64,000 nucleotides of DNA, taken from an uncultured Chlamydiae bacterium. Its GTDB lineage: Bacteria > Chlamydiota > Chlamydiia > Chlamydiales > Parachlamydiaceae. Shown here in pieces: positions 21,378 through 30,923 of this stretch. Within the stretch, counting starts at the first letter, position 1; every line of letters starts with the position of its first letter. Location of the stretch: positions 480,001-544,000 of the forward strand of contig CAVWGN010000001.1 in assembly GCA_963754655.1 (NCBI GenBank), read 5' to 3'. A program made the translations under genes and the position numbers. The notes under the pieces were generated by a model. It was given only the letters and a program-made list of their open reading frames with translations, was not told where the DNA came from and ran no database searches.

Positions 21378-22586
21378 TAGTAATTTCAATTTAAAATTTC
21401 TTAATTGCAAACTTTCAAAAAAGATTGATCAATTGCTTCAGCAAGACTTGAAAATAAGTTTAAAACCTCTTTTACACTCCTCTTAAAATTGGCCCAAAAT
21501 TTTTCAATCGGATTCAAATCAGGAGAATATGGTGGTAAAATAAATTTCACATCCTGCCTTTTGAATGATTTCTACGCTTGTTTTGGACTTATGAAAACTC
21601 GCATTATCCATAATGACCGCTTGTCCTGATTTCAGCTCCGGAACTAAGTTGCTCGAGCCATGCGTTAAATAAATTTGTATTGCATGTTCCGGTATAGCAA
21701 AATGGCGCTAAAATGCTTGATTGATTCTGAGCTGCTATAAAGCTTTCCCTAGAATATCGACTTCCGGAAACTGCTCCATATACTTTTTGTCCTCTGATTG
21801 CCCTTGCATTTTCTCTTTGCAAATATTCATGGATCCCACTTTCATCAATATAGACTCTTTTTTCTTCGGGAATGTCTTCCTAAGTTTAAGAGCATCGCCG
21901 TTACGATACTTCCTTTAAGAAATAATTGATCCAGAAGGTCACAAATTGCAGTAATTTCATTGCTTTTATCATCTACTTTTAGCTGCCCTAAACAAACTTT
22001 ATTTTCACAGCTCCAAGCATGTAAAAGATGAACCACTTGTTTATCATTAGCTTTATCTTTGGATCCACGTAAGCTCTTGCCATCTATTGCAATGACATCA
22101 TCTGCCAACTTTTGTCGAAATAACTGAGCGACTTCTTGAAGCATAGCTTCTAAAGAGAGAGGGTTAATTAGAGAGATCACTCGTTCCAAAGTAAAAGCAG
22201 AGGGAGTACCTGAAGAAATATCCAAGTATTGCCCTAGCCAATCTTGCATAGCCTCTGCCATATTGGACATCTCTTCCCAATCTTCAGCTCCGCATAACAT
22301 AGTAACCGTAATGATGAAAAGAATAGTTGTTAAAGAATAGCTAAAATTTGGAGATAGACCACGAGGATCTTCTATTCTTTCTAAAATTGCTATAAATTGT
22401 GTTTGTGCTGCTGGATGATCGAATATTGGCTTTTTCAAATGAATGAGCGCCCTCTTTTTTTCATGAATAACTCCTAATTTTCATGAATAAGTCCTAATAA
22501 GTAGGTTATAACTCTAAAAAGTATAACTACTTTACAACTAGAAGTCGATTATTCAAAAAAGTGTTTTAATGCTAGAGCCCTGACTA
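21378..22586 (-). mobile_element. IS630-family element remnant inserted at TA inside the IS701-like transposase
   Basis: VYIDESG, IMDNASFHK and PPYSPDLNPIEKFW motifs; TA duplication; removing it restores NHI-NSLDRAYVGDLK. Confidence 0.85.
21886..22582 (-). mobile_element. ISAs1-family 5' fragment (left end plus truncated transposase)
   Basis: End CAGGGCTCTAGCATT; ORF ..IEDPR..IAIDGKSLRGS..VCLGQLKVDDKSNEITA..GSIVTA, then fused to IS630 sequence. Confidence 0.88.
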
Positions 22587-23430
22587 TAATATGATTTAAA
22601 GGCCTTGCATTCGTATAATAGCTATCAAATACGAAGTCTCCCGGAATCTTGTTAGCGACTATCCAATCCACCAATTCAATGAAGAGATCAGTATGATCTT
22701 TGAAAGGAATTTGCTTCTCTTTGCAATTCTCCTCCTTTATAAAGCATCGGAATTCAAGAGGATAATGCTTGCTTGATGAACATATGTAATTGGCTATTAA
22801 ATAATCGTGTGCTATTATGCTTCTTTTTTCTGCATGATCCCCCATCCAGCCTACATCCTCAATAAATTGGCCGTCATGATCAATCAGTACATAATTGTTC
22901 CATACTTTGAATATCTGGTTGTTGGATCTTCTTGGTGAAATTTCAACCTTTCTTCATTTAATTGCTCAGCATTCCAATCAACACTTGTTATCCATCGGTT
23001 TAAGCAGGATTGGTCTGTTGTTTGTGCAAACTCAGCATTCATGCCGTTGGCTGTTTTCCTCTGCGCCAACAATAAACCCGTTAAATACTCTCCAACATGT
23101 TGCCTCTCAGGTTCATTAGCAAAAAGATGTCCAAACTTTTTAATGGCTTCTTGAACAATTTGCGGAAACTCTACTATTGCAGGCATAATAATATCTCCTA
23201 ATAGAAGAGCTATAGTTTTAATTTTACCACATTTTCAAATTTGCAAAACTTCAGTTCATATCTCAATATAGACACCCATATTTTTAGATTGGAGCTTATA
23301 TTGGAAACACATTCATTAGCTATGTCTAAACGATTAGGGCTATGGAAGGTGAAAGAGTTTTCACAAAGGCAGTTGATTGCATCTGTCAATCAAGTTTGAT
23401 CAGAATGGTTTCTATGCAAATTCAATTGCT

Positions 23431-24369
23431 TCAATATTCTTGCAAGATTTTTTCGATAAATTCTTGTACATGTGCTTCTTTTTGCTCATATCCAGCAAAG
23501 TTAAAACTACTTGTATTGAAATGAAATAGTCGCTTATTTAAATGAAATTCTGTAGGTGGATAGTCATCTTTTTTGATAAGTTCAATTTCTATAGGCGTAA
23601 ACCCCTTATCTAATAAGGCCTGTTCTGAGTGTAATGCTAGAGTACTGCCTACTTGCCCCTCATATTTTTTACAATTAACATCTGGATGGTTATTTAAAAA
23701 ATGGTATGTATACGATCCTGTATCATGAAGAATATTATTTACTACTGCTATGTCGAATTTTAACTCTTTCACGTAAGGCATGGTACGTGGATTAAAAGCA
23801 ACAAAAACAACCCATAAATAGTCTATATCAGCATACTCTTTTCGAATACCTATGATATCGTGTTTTTTTAATAGAGTGCGGATATTTAAGGGTCGAATAG
23901 GAAATGCATCTCCATCTACCAATGCAACAATATCATTGTGTTTATATCCATAATTTTCTAAAGCATATTGGATGACATGACAATGTCTGACACTTGGCTG
24001 TTGACCAATATCACTTGGTTGAGGTGAGATGAAAGCATGTATATTAGTAAGACTAGGATTTTTTATCCATTCTGCTATTTCATAATTTAAAGATTCATCC
24101 GGGTGCCATTTCTGCTTATAACGGACACATTTAATTCCATATTTTGCGCAGTTTTCTTTTATCGCTGTTGAAAGAATTGGATCTTTAGCATCATTAAACA
24201 CGATTAATTCATAATCATTACGCATAAATTTCTTAAACATTTTATACTGAATTTCAATATATTGAGGTTTGTTATAATGAAATGTTAAGAAGCGAACTTT
24301 GGCTGAAAGAGGGCTATTGATTACAACTAACATTACAATAAACATAAAAAATTTGTGTTTCATACTCAT
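23431..24369 (-). CDS. Secreted hypothetical protein, possible GT-A glycosyltransferase
   Basis: Signal peptide ...VVINSPLSA-KV; DxD-like ALVDGDAFPIRP; island context. Confidence 0.6.
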   Translation of the reverse strand: MSMKHKFFMFIVMLVVINSPLSAKVRFLTFHYNKPQYIEIQYKMFKKFMRNDYELIVFNDAKDPILSTAIKENCAKYGIKCVRYKQKWHPDESLNYEIAEWIKNPSLTNIHAFISPQPSDIGQQPSVRHCHVIQYALENYGYKHNDIVALVDGDAFPIRPLNIRTLLKKHDIIGIRKEYADIDYLWVVFVAFNPRTMPYVKELKFDIAVVNNILHDTGSYTYHFLNNHPDVNCKKYEGQVGSTLALHSEQALLDKGFTPIEIELIKKDDYPPTEFHLNKRLFHFNTSSFNFAGYEQKEAHVQEFIEKILQEY

Positions 24370-24469
24370 TTTTCTATTTCCTTTTTTTTTTGTAATTTAT
24401 GCTTATAGCATTTAAAAAATCATAAAGATAAACGTAGGCAATTCAGTTAAAATTTGATTATGAAGAAAA

Positions 24470-25672
24470 TTAACAGGCCTGGATAGTTTGTAGGTCATAA
24501 GATTTAATCACTTTTTTGAGTAAAAATTTCCACTTTTTTAAAACCAGTGCTTTCCTTTTTTGGTTATATTTTTTCATTTTTCTGCTGATCATTTCAACGT
24601 CGACTGTTTTGAGTAATTGTTCTAAATGCTCAAAAGAATGAAAATATTGTATATATGGCATATTCTCTTTATCATAAAAGTCGGCATGATCAATCCAAAA
24701 CTTAATTACATTCGGATCTGATAAGTTATTAGGATCTCCTAGAGTAGTCGGAGGGGGAATAAAATGAAAGAGATGAAAGTAAGACACCTCGTTTAAAATT
24801 TCCTGACTCTTTTTACGTAGCTGAGCCAAGAAAGTTTTAGAGGGGAAAAATAATGGAACATTTGCGCTATATTCTTCAAAAATAGACATTGTACTAATTT
24901 GATAAGGGAAATGAATAATGCCCTTATAATCGTAAAGATCTTGCCAGTTATAAGGACGTGTAAGATCATTACTAATCATTTTGATATACTTTTTTTGCAC
25001 ATAATCAGCAAATTGAGAATTTCTGACCGAAGGTTGACAAATAAAACTTTTTTTCTTCCCAGAATAATGAGCATTAGTATATTGACATAAAGATGGAATG
25101 ACTTCGCCTTTAATTCCAGTATAATATTCTAAATATTTCTGATCCCCTTTATTATTTGCGACTATAAATAATTTATTACGATTGACGCCCTCAATTAAAA
25201 AGTTATCTAGCCAAGACTTTAATTCTGGTTTATCTGTAAAGGGGATTTCATATCTCACTGCGTTAATGATAATTATTGGCTTGTTTGTCTTTTCATAGAA
25301 AAGAGCAAAAGAAGCATTATAAGCTGCAATATAACCATCAAATTGATCTAAGAAGTCTTTATATTTCTCATAAAATTGTTGGTATATTTTTTGATCGGAG
25401 GAATATAGCCATGAAAAATAATCAACAATTTCTACAGGATCATGTTCATATCCTAAAGTCCAACGAGAATTGCTAACGCCTGATGTAGGAACTATCCATA
25501 TCACAACTTCATGGCCTAATTCTTCAAAAATGCTTTTTACATCAGCAGATACTGAACCATGAAAATCAAGACAGAAAAAGCGTAATTTTTTTTTAGGTAT
25601 TTTTTGTAAATCACTAGCAAATAAAAATGAAAAAATAAAAAAAAGACTCATAAAACCAAATACTTTTTTCAT
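24470..25672 (-). CDS. Secreted hypothetical protein, possible GT-B-fold glycosyltransferase
   Basis: Signal peptide MKKVFGFMSLFFIFSFLFA; GIIHFPYQISTMSIFEEYSANVPLFFPS resembles a GT-B C-terminal motif. Confidence 0.55.
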   Translation of the reverse strand: MKKVFGFMSLFFIFSFLFASDLQKIPKKKLRFFCLDFHGSVSADVKSIFEELGHEVVIWIVPTSGVSNSRWTLGYEHDPVEIVDYFSWLYSSDQKIYQQFYEKYKDFLDQFDGYIAAYNASFALFYEKTNKPIIIINAVRYEIPFTDKPELKSWLDNFLIEGVNRNKLFIVANNKGDQKYLEYYTGIKGEVIPSLCQYTNAHYSGKKKSFICQPSVRNSQFADYVQKKYIKMISNDLTRPYNWQDLYDYKGIIHFPYQISTMSIFEEYSANVPLFFPSKTFLAQLRKKSQEILNEVSYFHLFHFIPPPTTLGDPNNLSDPNVIKFWIDHADFYDKENMPYIQYFHSFEHLEQLLKTVDVEMISRKMKKYNQKRKALVLKKWKFLLKKVIKSYDLQTIQAC

Positions 25673-25873
25673 AAAAAATCTATATTTTCTAGTTTATATT
25701 GCTTCATGTCTTAAATTTAAATTTATTAAAATTTCTAGGTTGAGATTCGCATTTGTTTTTGCCATTGTAAAGCAATTAATGAAGAATTCGTGTAGGTTGT
25801 GCATTTAGATTTTCGTTTGGAGCGTAAAGGTTTCCTTTTTCAAACCTGTATGCGTACTTTTATAAATGAGTAT

Positions 25874-26815
25874 TTAGAGTTCTTTAGCTGCCATTTTTCG
25901 AAAAACTGAATGAATAGATTGTTTGATATGTGGAAGTTCTGGAAATTCTTTTTGCAACTTTGTTGTATCTAATTCATTATTTGATCTTCGTGCTTTTAAG
26001 ATTTCATTTTGTTCTTCTATCGTAAAGTTCGTATAAGTAAAGTTAGGATCAATATACGTCTTATAAAGATCAAGAAGCTCATTGTGAGAAATGGTGCCAG
26101 GATTCACGAAATTAAAATTTCCTTTTAAATTGCACAAAGTCATCTTAATTGCAATTGGCAAAAGATCATCTAAAATAGACATGGAATTGGGAATATTAAT
26201 GACTTTTTGATACTTTGTAATTTTAGTGATAAAGTTTTTAGGATGTAGTTCAGAAGAAATAGGCATTCTCAGCCGCAAGTTCAAAACATTGGGATAAGAA
26301 TCAAGCAACTTTTCAAGCATGATTTTAGTTTTTGAGTAGAAGGATCCTGCAAAATTAGGTTCATCTTCTTCGGTAAAGCCTTTGCCGCTGCCCATGGGGT
26401 GCTCAGCATCATATTCATAGATACAGCCAGTCCCAAAATTGGTGACGTGAATGTCATGAAGATAAGCGATATCTGCTAAATTTAATATTCCAATAATGTT
26501 GGTGCGAATTGTTTGTTGTTGATGGTCCTCGCACCAATCAACATTGGGAGTTCCAGTCAATCCTGCACAATTGAAGATGTAATCTGGACGTCTGAGTTGA
26601 ATTTCGCTTTCGACTTCTTCTCTATTTTCCAGTCTTGATTCTGCGACATAGACAATCTGGCCCTCTTCACGCAAAAGGACAACCATTTTTTGTCCAATCC
26701 AACCAGTTTTTCCTCCCCAAACTAAAAAGACTTTATTTGAATTTTCATCTGCATAACCATACAATCGGCTGATAAGAAGACATAAAAAAAATATAAAATT
26801 TAGTGAATTTTTCAT
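25874..26815 (-). CDS. UER1/NRS-ER-type bifunctional 3,5-epimerase/4-reductase (RmlD-like SDR) with signal peptide
   Basis: GGKTGWIG, NCAGLTGTPNVDWCE, TGCIYEYD, GSFYSKTK, LRLRMPIS, ARRSNNELD. Confidence 0.85.
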   Translation of the reverse strand: MKNSLNFIFFLCLLISRLYGYADENSNKVFLVWGGKTGWIGQKMVVLLREEGQIVYVAESRLENREEVESEIQLRRPDYIFNCAGLTGTPNVDWCEDHQQQTIRTNIIGILNLADIAYLHDIHVTNFGTGCIYEYDAEHPMGSGKGFTEEDEPNFAGSFYSKTKIMLEKLLDSYPNVLNLRLRMPISSELHPKNFITKITKYQKVINIPNSMSILDDLLPIAIKMTLCNLKGNFNFVNPGTISHNELLDLYKTYIDPNFTYTNFTIEEQNEILKARRSNNELDTTKLQKEFPELPHIKQSIHSVFRKMAAKEL

Positions 26816-26854
26816 GAATATTCCTTTGTCAATTGTGTTTTTATATTCAAGCTA

Positions 26855-27976
26855 TCATTGTAAAATGAGTTCACCATTTGGTGTGCGAATTTCAATAAGA
26901 GAATCATTTTCCATCTTCTGCCAAATTTCAGGATGATTTTTGTACCATTCAATTGTTTGATGAATTCCTTCTTCTAAAGAAATTGTTGCACTCCAGTTGA
27001 GCAGAGCCTTAGCTTTGTTAGTAGAAGAAATATGGGTATCAACTTGGCCAGGTCGATCGGTGATAAACTTCAATTGAGAATAAGGCAAGTTAAACTCTTT
27101 AAGAATGAGATGGGCAATTTCAAGGACGCTTGTTGCAATACCTGAACCAATATTGATGACTTGTTGCTTAATTGAATCAAAATTTTCAAGATGTAAGGCT
27201 GCATCGATGGCTTTAGCCATATCTGATGTGTGTATCCAATCTCTTTTTTGTTGCCCTGAGCCATGAATGGTTAAAGACTCGCCTTTAATAGCCGATGTGA
27301 TAAGGCGTGGAATCAACTTTTCCAGGTGTTGGTTAGGTCCATAATTATTAAAAGGACGTAAAATTACAGCGGGTACGTTAAAAGTACAACAATAAGAATA
27401 GACTAATCGATCAGCACCCACTTTTGCTGCAGCATAGGGCGAACGTGCATTGAGCAGATGCTCTTCATTCATAGGTTCGCTTTCAGCTGTTCCATACACT
27501 TCCGAGGTCGATATATGAATAAAGCGTTCAATATTTTTAGAATATTTGACAACAGCGCTCATGAGCACACGAGTTCCAAGGACATCTGTGGAAAAAAACA
27601 CAGCATCATCTTTAATACTGCGTGTCACATGTGTTTCGGCTGCAAAATGCACTACAAAATGAGATTTAGCCATGGCAGCATTCACAACGCTTTCATTTGT
27701 AATGTTATCATGAATAAATTCAAAGCGCGGCGATTTTTGAATATATTCTGGAATCTTATCTAAAGAACCGGCATAGGTAAGAGCATCTAAAACGATAAGC
27801 TTATAACTGGGATATTTATCAAACATATATTTGATGAAATTGCTCCCAATAAAACCAGCTCCTCCTGTTACTAAAACGGTTTTCTCATTTTCATTTGGTA
27901 AAGTTTCTCGGGCATATAGAGCCGACTGCTGTGAAAGAAAAAATAAAAGGTATAGAGTTAGACGAAAGTAGGCCAT
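26855..27976 (-). CDS. rmlB: NDP-glucose 4,6-dehydratase with signal peptide
   Basis: VLVTGGAGFIGSNF, DALTYAG, HFAAETHV, HISTSEVYG, SPYAAAK, NNYGPNQ. Confidence 0.88.
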   Translation of the reverse strand: MAYFRLTLYLLFFLSQQSALYARETLPNENEKTVLVTGGAGFIGSNFIKYMFDKYPSYKLIVLDALTYAGSLDKIPEYIQKSPRFEFIHDNITNESVVNAAMAKSHFVVHFAAETHVTRSIKDDAVFFSTDVLGTRVLMSAVVKYSKNIERFIHISTSEVYGTAESEPMNEEHLLNARSPYAAAKVGADRLVYSYCCTFNVPAVILRPFNNYGPNQHLEKLIPRLITSAIKGESLTIHGSGQQKRDWIHTSDMAKAIDAALHLENFDSIKQQVINIGSGIATSVLEIAHLILKEFNLPYSQLKFITDRPGQVDTHISSTNKAKALLNWSATISLEEGIHQTIEWYKNHPEIWQKMENDSLIEIRTPNGELILQ

Positions 27977-28242
27977 ATAGTTCCTTGGTTTTCAAATAAA
28001 AACAGGTTAAATTGAGCTAAAATTTTAAAAGAAAAGGTATAAAAAACAAAAATTAATTTGCAAGTTAAAATGGCATCTTCCTATATAATATTTATGATAA
28101 CTTTCATTTCTCCAGCCATATTGGGATTAATCCGGTTAAATTAACAGGAGTAGAAAACCCTGGTTAAAATGAAAATTACATTATATAGTCATCGTTTTTT
28201 TATTGATAGTACCTTCCTATTAAATGCTCTTAGGATTCATCT

Positions 28243-30255
28243 ATGAATATTTTACCTTTCTTACTTCCTTTAGCAGGATTGCTTTTTCTATCGTTTCTTC
28301 AAACGCTGGAAGCTCAACATTCAGACTCTCCCAATTATCTTTTTGAAGAGGGTGAACTCATTTTTCCTTCCGATCAATTTAAAAAAGAGGCCAATTTACA
28401 GTCATGGGCGCTTTTCAATGAAGCGCGAGACAATAGAGAGGCATTTTGGGCCAAGCAAGCGCAATGTCTGCATTGGTTTCGTACTTGGGAGCGCGTCTTG
28501 GAATGGAATCCTCCCTATGCCAAGTGGTTTGTGGGCGGGAAGCTAAATGCGTGCTACAATTGTTTAGATAGGCATATGCAATCGGCGATTCGTGATAAAG
28601 CTGCCCTCATTTGGGAGGGAGAAAGAGGCGAAGAAAGGACATTGACCTATGCACAGCTCTATCAAGAGGTTAATCAATTTAGCAATGTTTTGAAATCGTT
28701 GGGCATTCAAAAGGGAGATAAGGTAGTCATTTATCTTCCTCTGATTCCTGAGGCAGCTGTTGCAATGCTGAGCTGCGCACGCATTGGTGCCGTGCATACA
28801 GTTGTGTTTGGAGGTTTTTCTGCAGAGGCTTTAAAAGATCGTATCTTAGATGCAGAAGCCAAGCTTGTCATTACAGCGGATGGGGGATTTCGCAAAGGGA
28901 AGATTGTTCCTCTTAAAGAAGCCGCTGATTTAGCAGCTAAAGAATGCCCTTGCGTGCAGAATGTCATTGTTATTAAACATACTCAGCAACCTATTCCTAT
29001 GCAGAAAGGACGAGATCATTGGTATGATGCCTTAATGAATCATGCTCAACCTTTCTGCCCTGCCGAAGAAATGGATGCCGAAGATGTGCTCTACATTCTT
29101 TATACTTCGGGCACAACAGGTAAGCCTAAGGGCATTGTACACACAACAGGTGGCTACATGGTGGGAGTGACAATGACCACCCGTTGGGTTTTCGATATCA
29201 AGCCTTCTGACATTTACTGGTGTACAGCTGATATTGGTTGGGTGACCGGCCATAGCTATGTGGTTTATGGTCCTCTTTCCAATGGAATGACACAGCTGAT
29301 GTATGAAGGAGCTCCTGATTGGCCGCAAAGAGATCGCTTTTGGAAGCTAATTGAAAAATACAAAGTCAGCATTCTTTACACCGCTCCTACTGCGATTCGT
29401 ACCTTCATGAAATGGGGAGAAGAGTGGTTAAAAGGCAGCAACCTCTCTTCATTGCGGCTGCTGGGATCCGTGGGAGAGCCTATCAATCCACAAGCATGGA
29501 TGTGGTATTATACGCATGTGGGACAAGAAAAATGTCCTGTGATTGACACTTGGTGGCAAACGGAAACAGGCAGTATTATGATTGCTCCTATTCCGGGGTT
29601 GACAGCTCTTAAACCGGGTAGCGCAACGCTTCCTTTACCAGGAGTAGATGTGGCAATTCTAAATGAACAGGGCGAACATTCCTCTTCAGGCTTGCTTGCC
29701 ATCACTTCTCCTTGGCCTTCGATGCTAAGAGATGTTCATAAAGATCCTAAGCGATATGAAGACACTTATTGGAAAAAGTGGGAGGGTCGTTATTATTTTA
29801 CTGGCGATGGGGCTAAGCAAGATGTAGATGGCTATTTTTGGCTCATGGGACGTGTCGATGATGTGATGAATATCTCTGGTCATCGCATTGGTACAATGGA
29901 AGTGGAAAGCGCTTTTGTCGATCATCGCAGCGTGGCAGAAGCGGCAGTGATTGGAATTTCTCATCCAATTAAAGGACAAGCAATTGCGGCTTTTGTGACT
30001 CTTAAAGAGGAGTTTTATTCTAGCAAAGAATTGGAAGAGGAGCTCAAGCAACATATTGTTAATAAAATTGGCGCTATTGCACGGCCAGAAAAAATAATTT
30101 TCATCTACGATCTTCCGAAAACACGAAGTGGGAAAATCATGCGTCGCCTTCTTCGTGATATTGCTGAAGGAAGGATTTTAGGAGATGTCACGACTTTATC
30201 CGATCCAGCAGTCATTAATGAAATTAAAAGCAAATACGACGATGAAGCAATTTGA
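28243..30255 (+). CDS. acs: Acetyl-CoA synthetase (AMP-forming) with signal-peptide-like N-terminal extension
   Basis: YTSGTTGKPKG, DTWWQTETG, YFTGDG, GRVDDVMNISGHR, LPKTRSGKIMRR. Confidence 0.95.
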   Translation: MNILPFLLPLAGLLFLSFLQTLEAQHSDSPNYLFEEGELIFPSDQFKKEANLQSWALFNEARDNREAFWAKQAQCLHWFRTWERVLEWNPPYAKWFVGGKLNACYNCLDRHMQSAIRDKAALIWEGERGEERTLTYAQLYQEVNQFSNVLKSLGIQKGDKVVIYLPLIPEAAVAMLSCARIGAVHTVVFGGFSAEALKDRILDAEAKLVITADGGFRKGKIVPLKEAADLAAKECPCVQNVIVIKHTQQPIPMQKGRDHWYDALMNHAQPFCPAEEMDAEDVLYILYTSGTTGKPKGIVHTTGGYMVGVTMTTRWVFDIKPSDIYWCTADIGWVTGHSYVVYGPLSNGMTQLMYEGAPDWPQRDRFWKLIEKYKVSILYTAPTAIRTFMKWGEEWLKGSNLSSLRLLGSVGEPINPQAWMWYYTHVGQEKCPVIDTWWQTETGSIMIAPIPGLTALKPGSATLPLPGVDVAILNEQGEHSSSGLLAITSPWPSMLRDVHKDPKRYEDTYWKKWEGRYYFTGDGAKQDVDGYFWLMGRVDDVMNISGHRIGTMEVESAFVDHRSVAEAAVIGISHPIKGQAIAAFVTLKEEFYSSKELEEELKQHIVNKIGAIARPEKIIFIYDLPKTRSGKIMRRLLRDIAEGRILGDVTTLSDPAVINEIKSKYDDEAI

Positions 30256-30355
30256 AATCATGGCTTAAAAATTAAATATTTGTAGGATTGATTTTTTTTA
30301 TAGACATTCAATTACGATTACCTGATTAACCAATGATTATTTTTTCCTGAAGAAG

Positions 30356-30862
30356 ATGCTACACATTCTTGTTTTCTTAGCTTCTGTGGTTTGTCAACAC
30401 TTATTTGCCGAACCTCAAATTTTAAACTTAGCTCATTTTTCTTTAGAAAATTCAACAGAAGCTTCTCTTCTTTCTTTACAAGGCCAAATCATCCAAGTAA
30501 GAGGATTTTGGTATCCCTTGTCTCCTCAAGAAGGCATTTTGGCTCCTCAGCCGCATTTAAAAAGCTGTTGCGTGCGTGCACCAACTACTATTCAACAACA
30601 GCTCCTTGTTAGAGGTGCCGTAGACTCACTTTCCGCTCAAAGAGCTGTAACAGTAGAAGGGATGTTTAAAATCGATCCTCGTTATAATTCAAAGGGCGAG
30701 CTGATTCAATTATTCATATTGGAGCAAGCTAGAGAAAGGTCACAAACATCTTTGTACTTTAGCCCGATGATTCTTGGTATTGTTATGGTTCTTTTATCTG
30801 TTGGATTCATTTTTTTTAAACGCAAGTTCGGTCCATCTACAAAAGCTGGTGCTCGTTTATAG
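30356..30862 (+). CDS. Exported hypothetical protein (DUF3299-like) with C-terminal TM anchor
   Basis: Signal peptide, VRGFWYP, SCCV motif, C-terminal hydrophobic helix. Confidence 0.55.
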   Translation: MLHILVFLASVVCQHLFAEPQILNLAHFSLENSTEASLLSLQGQIIQVRGFWYPLSPQEGILAPQPHLKSCCVRAPTTIQQQLLVRGAVDSLSAQRAVTVEGMFKIDPRYNSKGELIQLFILEQARERSQTSLYFSPMILGIVMVLLSVGFIFFKRKFGPSTKAGARL

Positions 30863-30923
30863 ATGTCCCCCCGGGGAACATCTTTTGCATAAAGTTTTAA
30901 ATCTATCTGTTTGTCTATAGGGT

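Larger units (their letters stand above)
20735..23254 (-). mobile_element. IS701-like element, fragmented and interrupted by nested ISs
   Basis: Fragments MPAIVEFPQIV...EYLTGLL, VFDSYY, YVGDLK, W..ETFHRDGKQ.LGMGECQLR; TIRs (c/t)tgaagttttgcaaa; 7-bp TSD ttcatat at 20728-20734 and 23255-23261. Confidence 0.85.

Noticed and set aside
15703..23254. Composite transposon carrying the two methyltransferases
   Set aside because: The flanking ISs belong to different families and each has its own TSD, so they inserted independently
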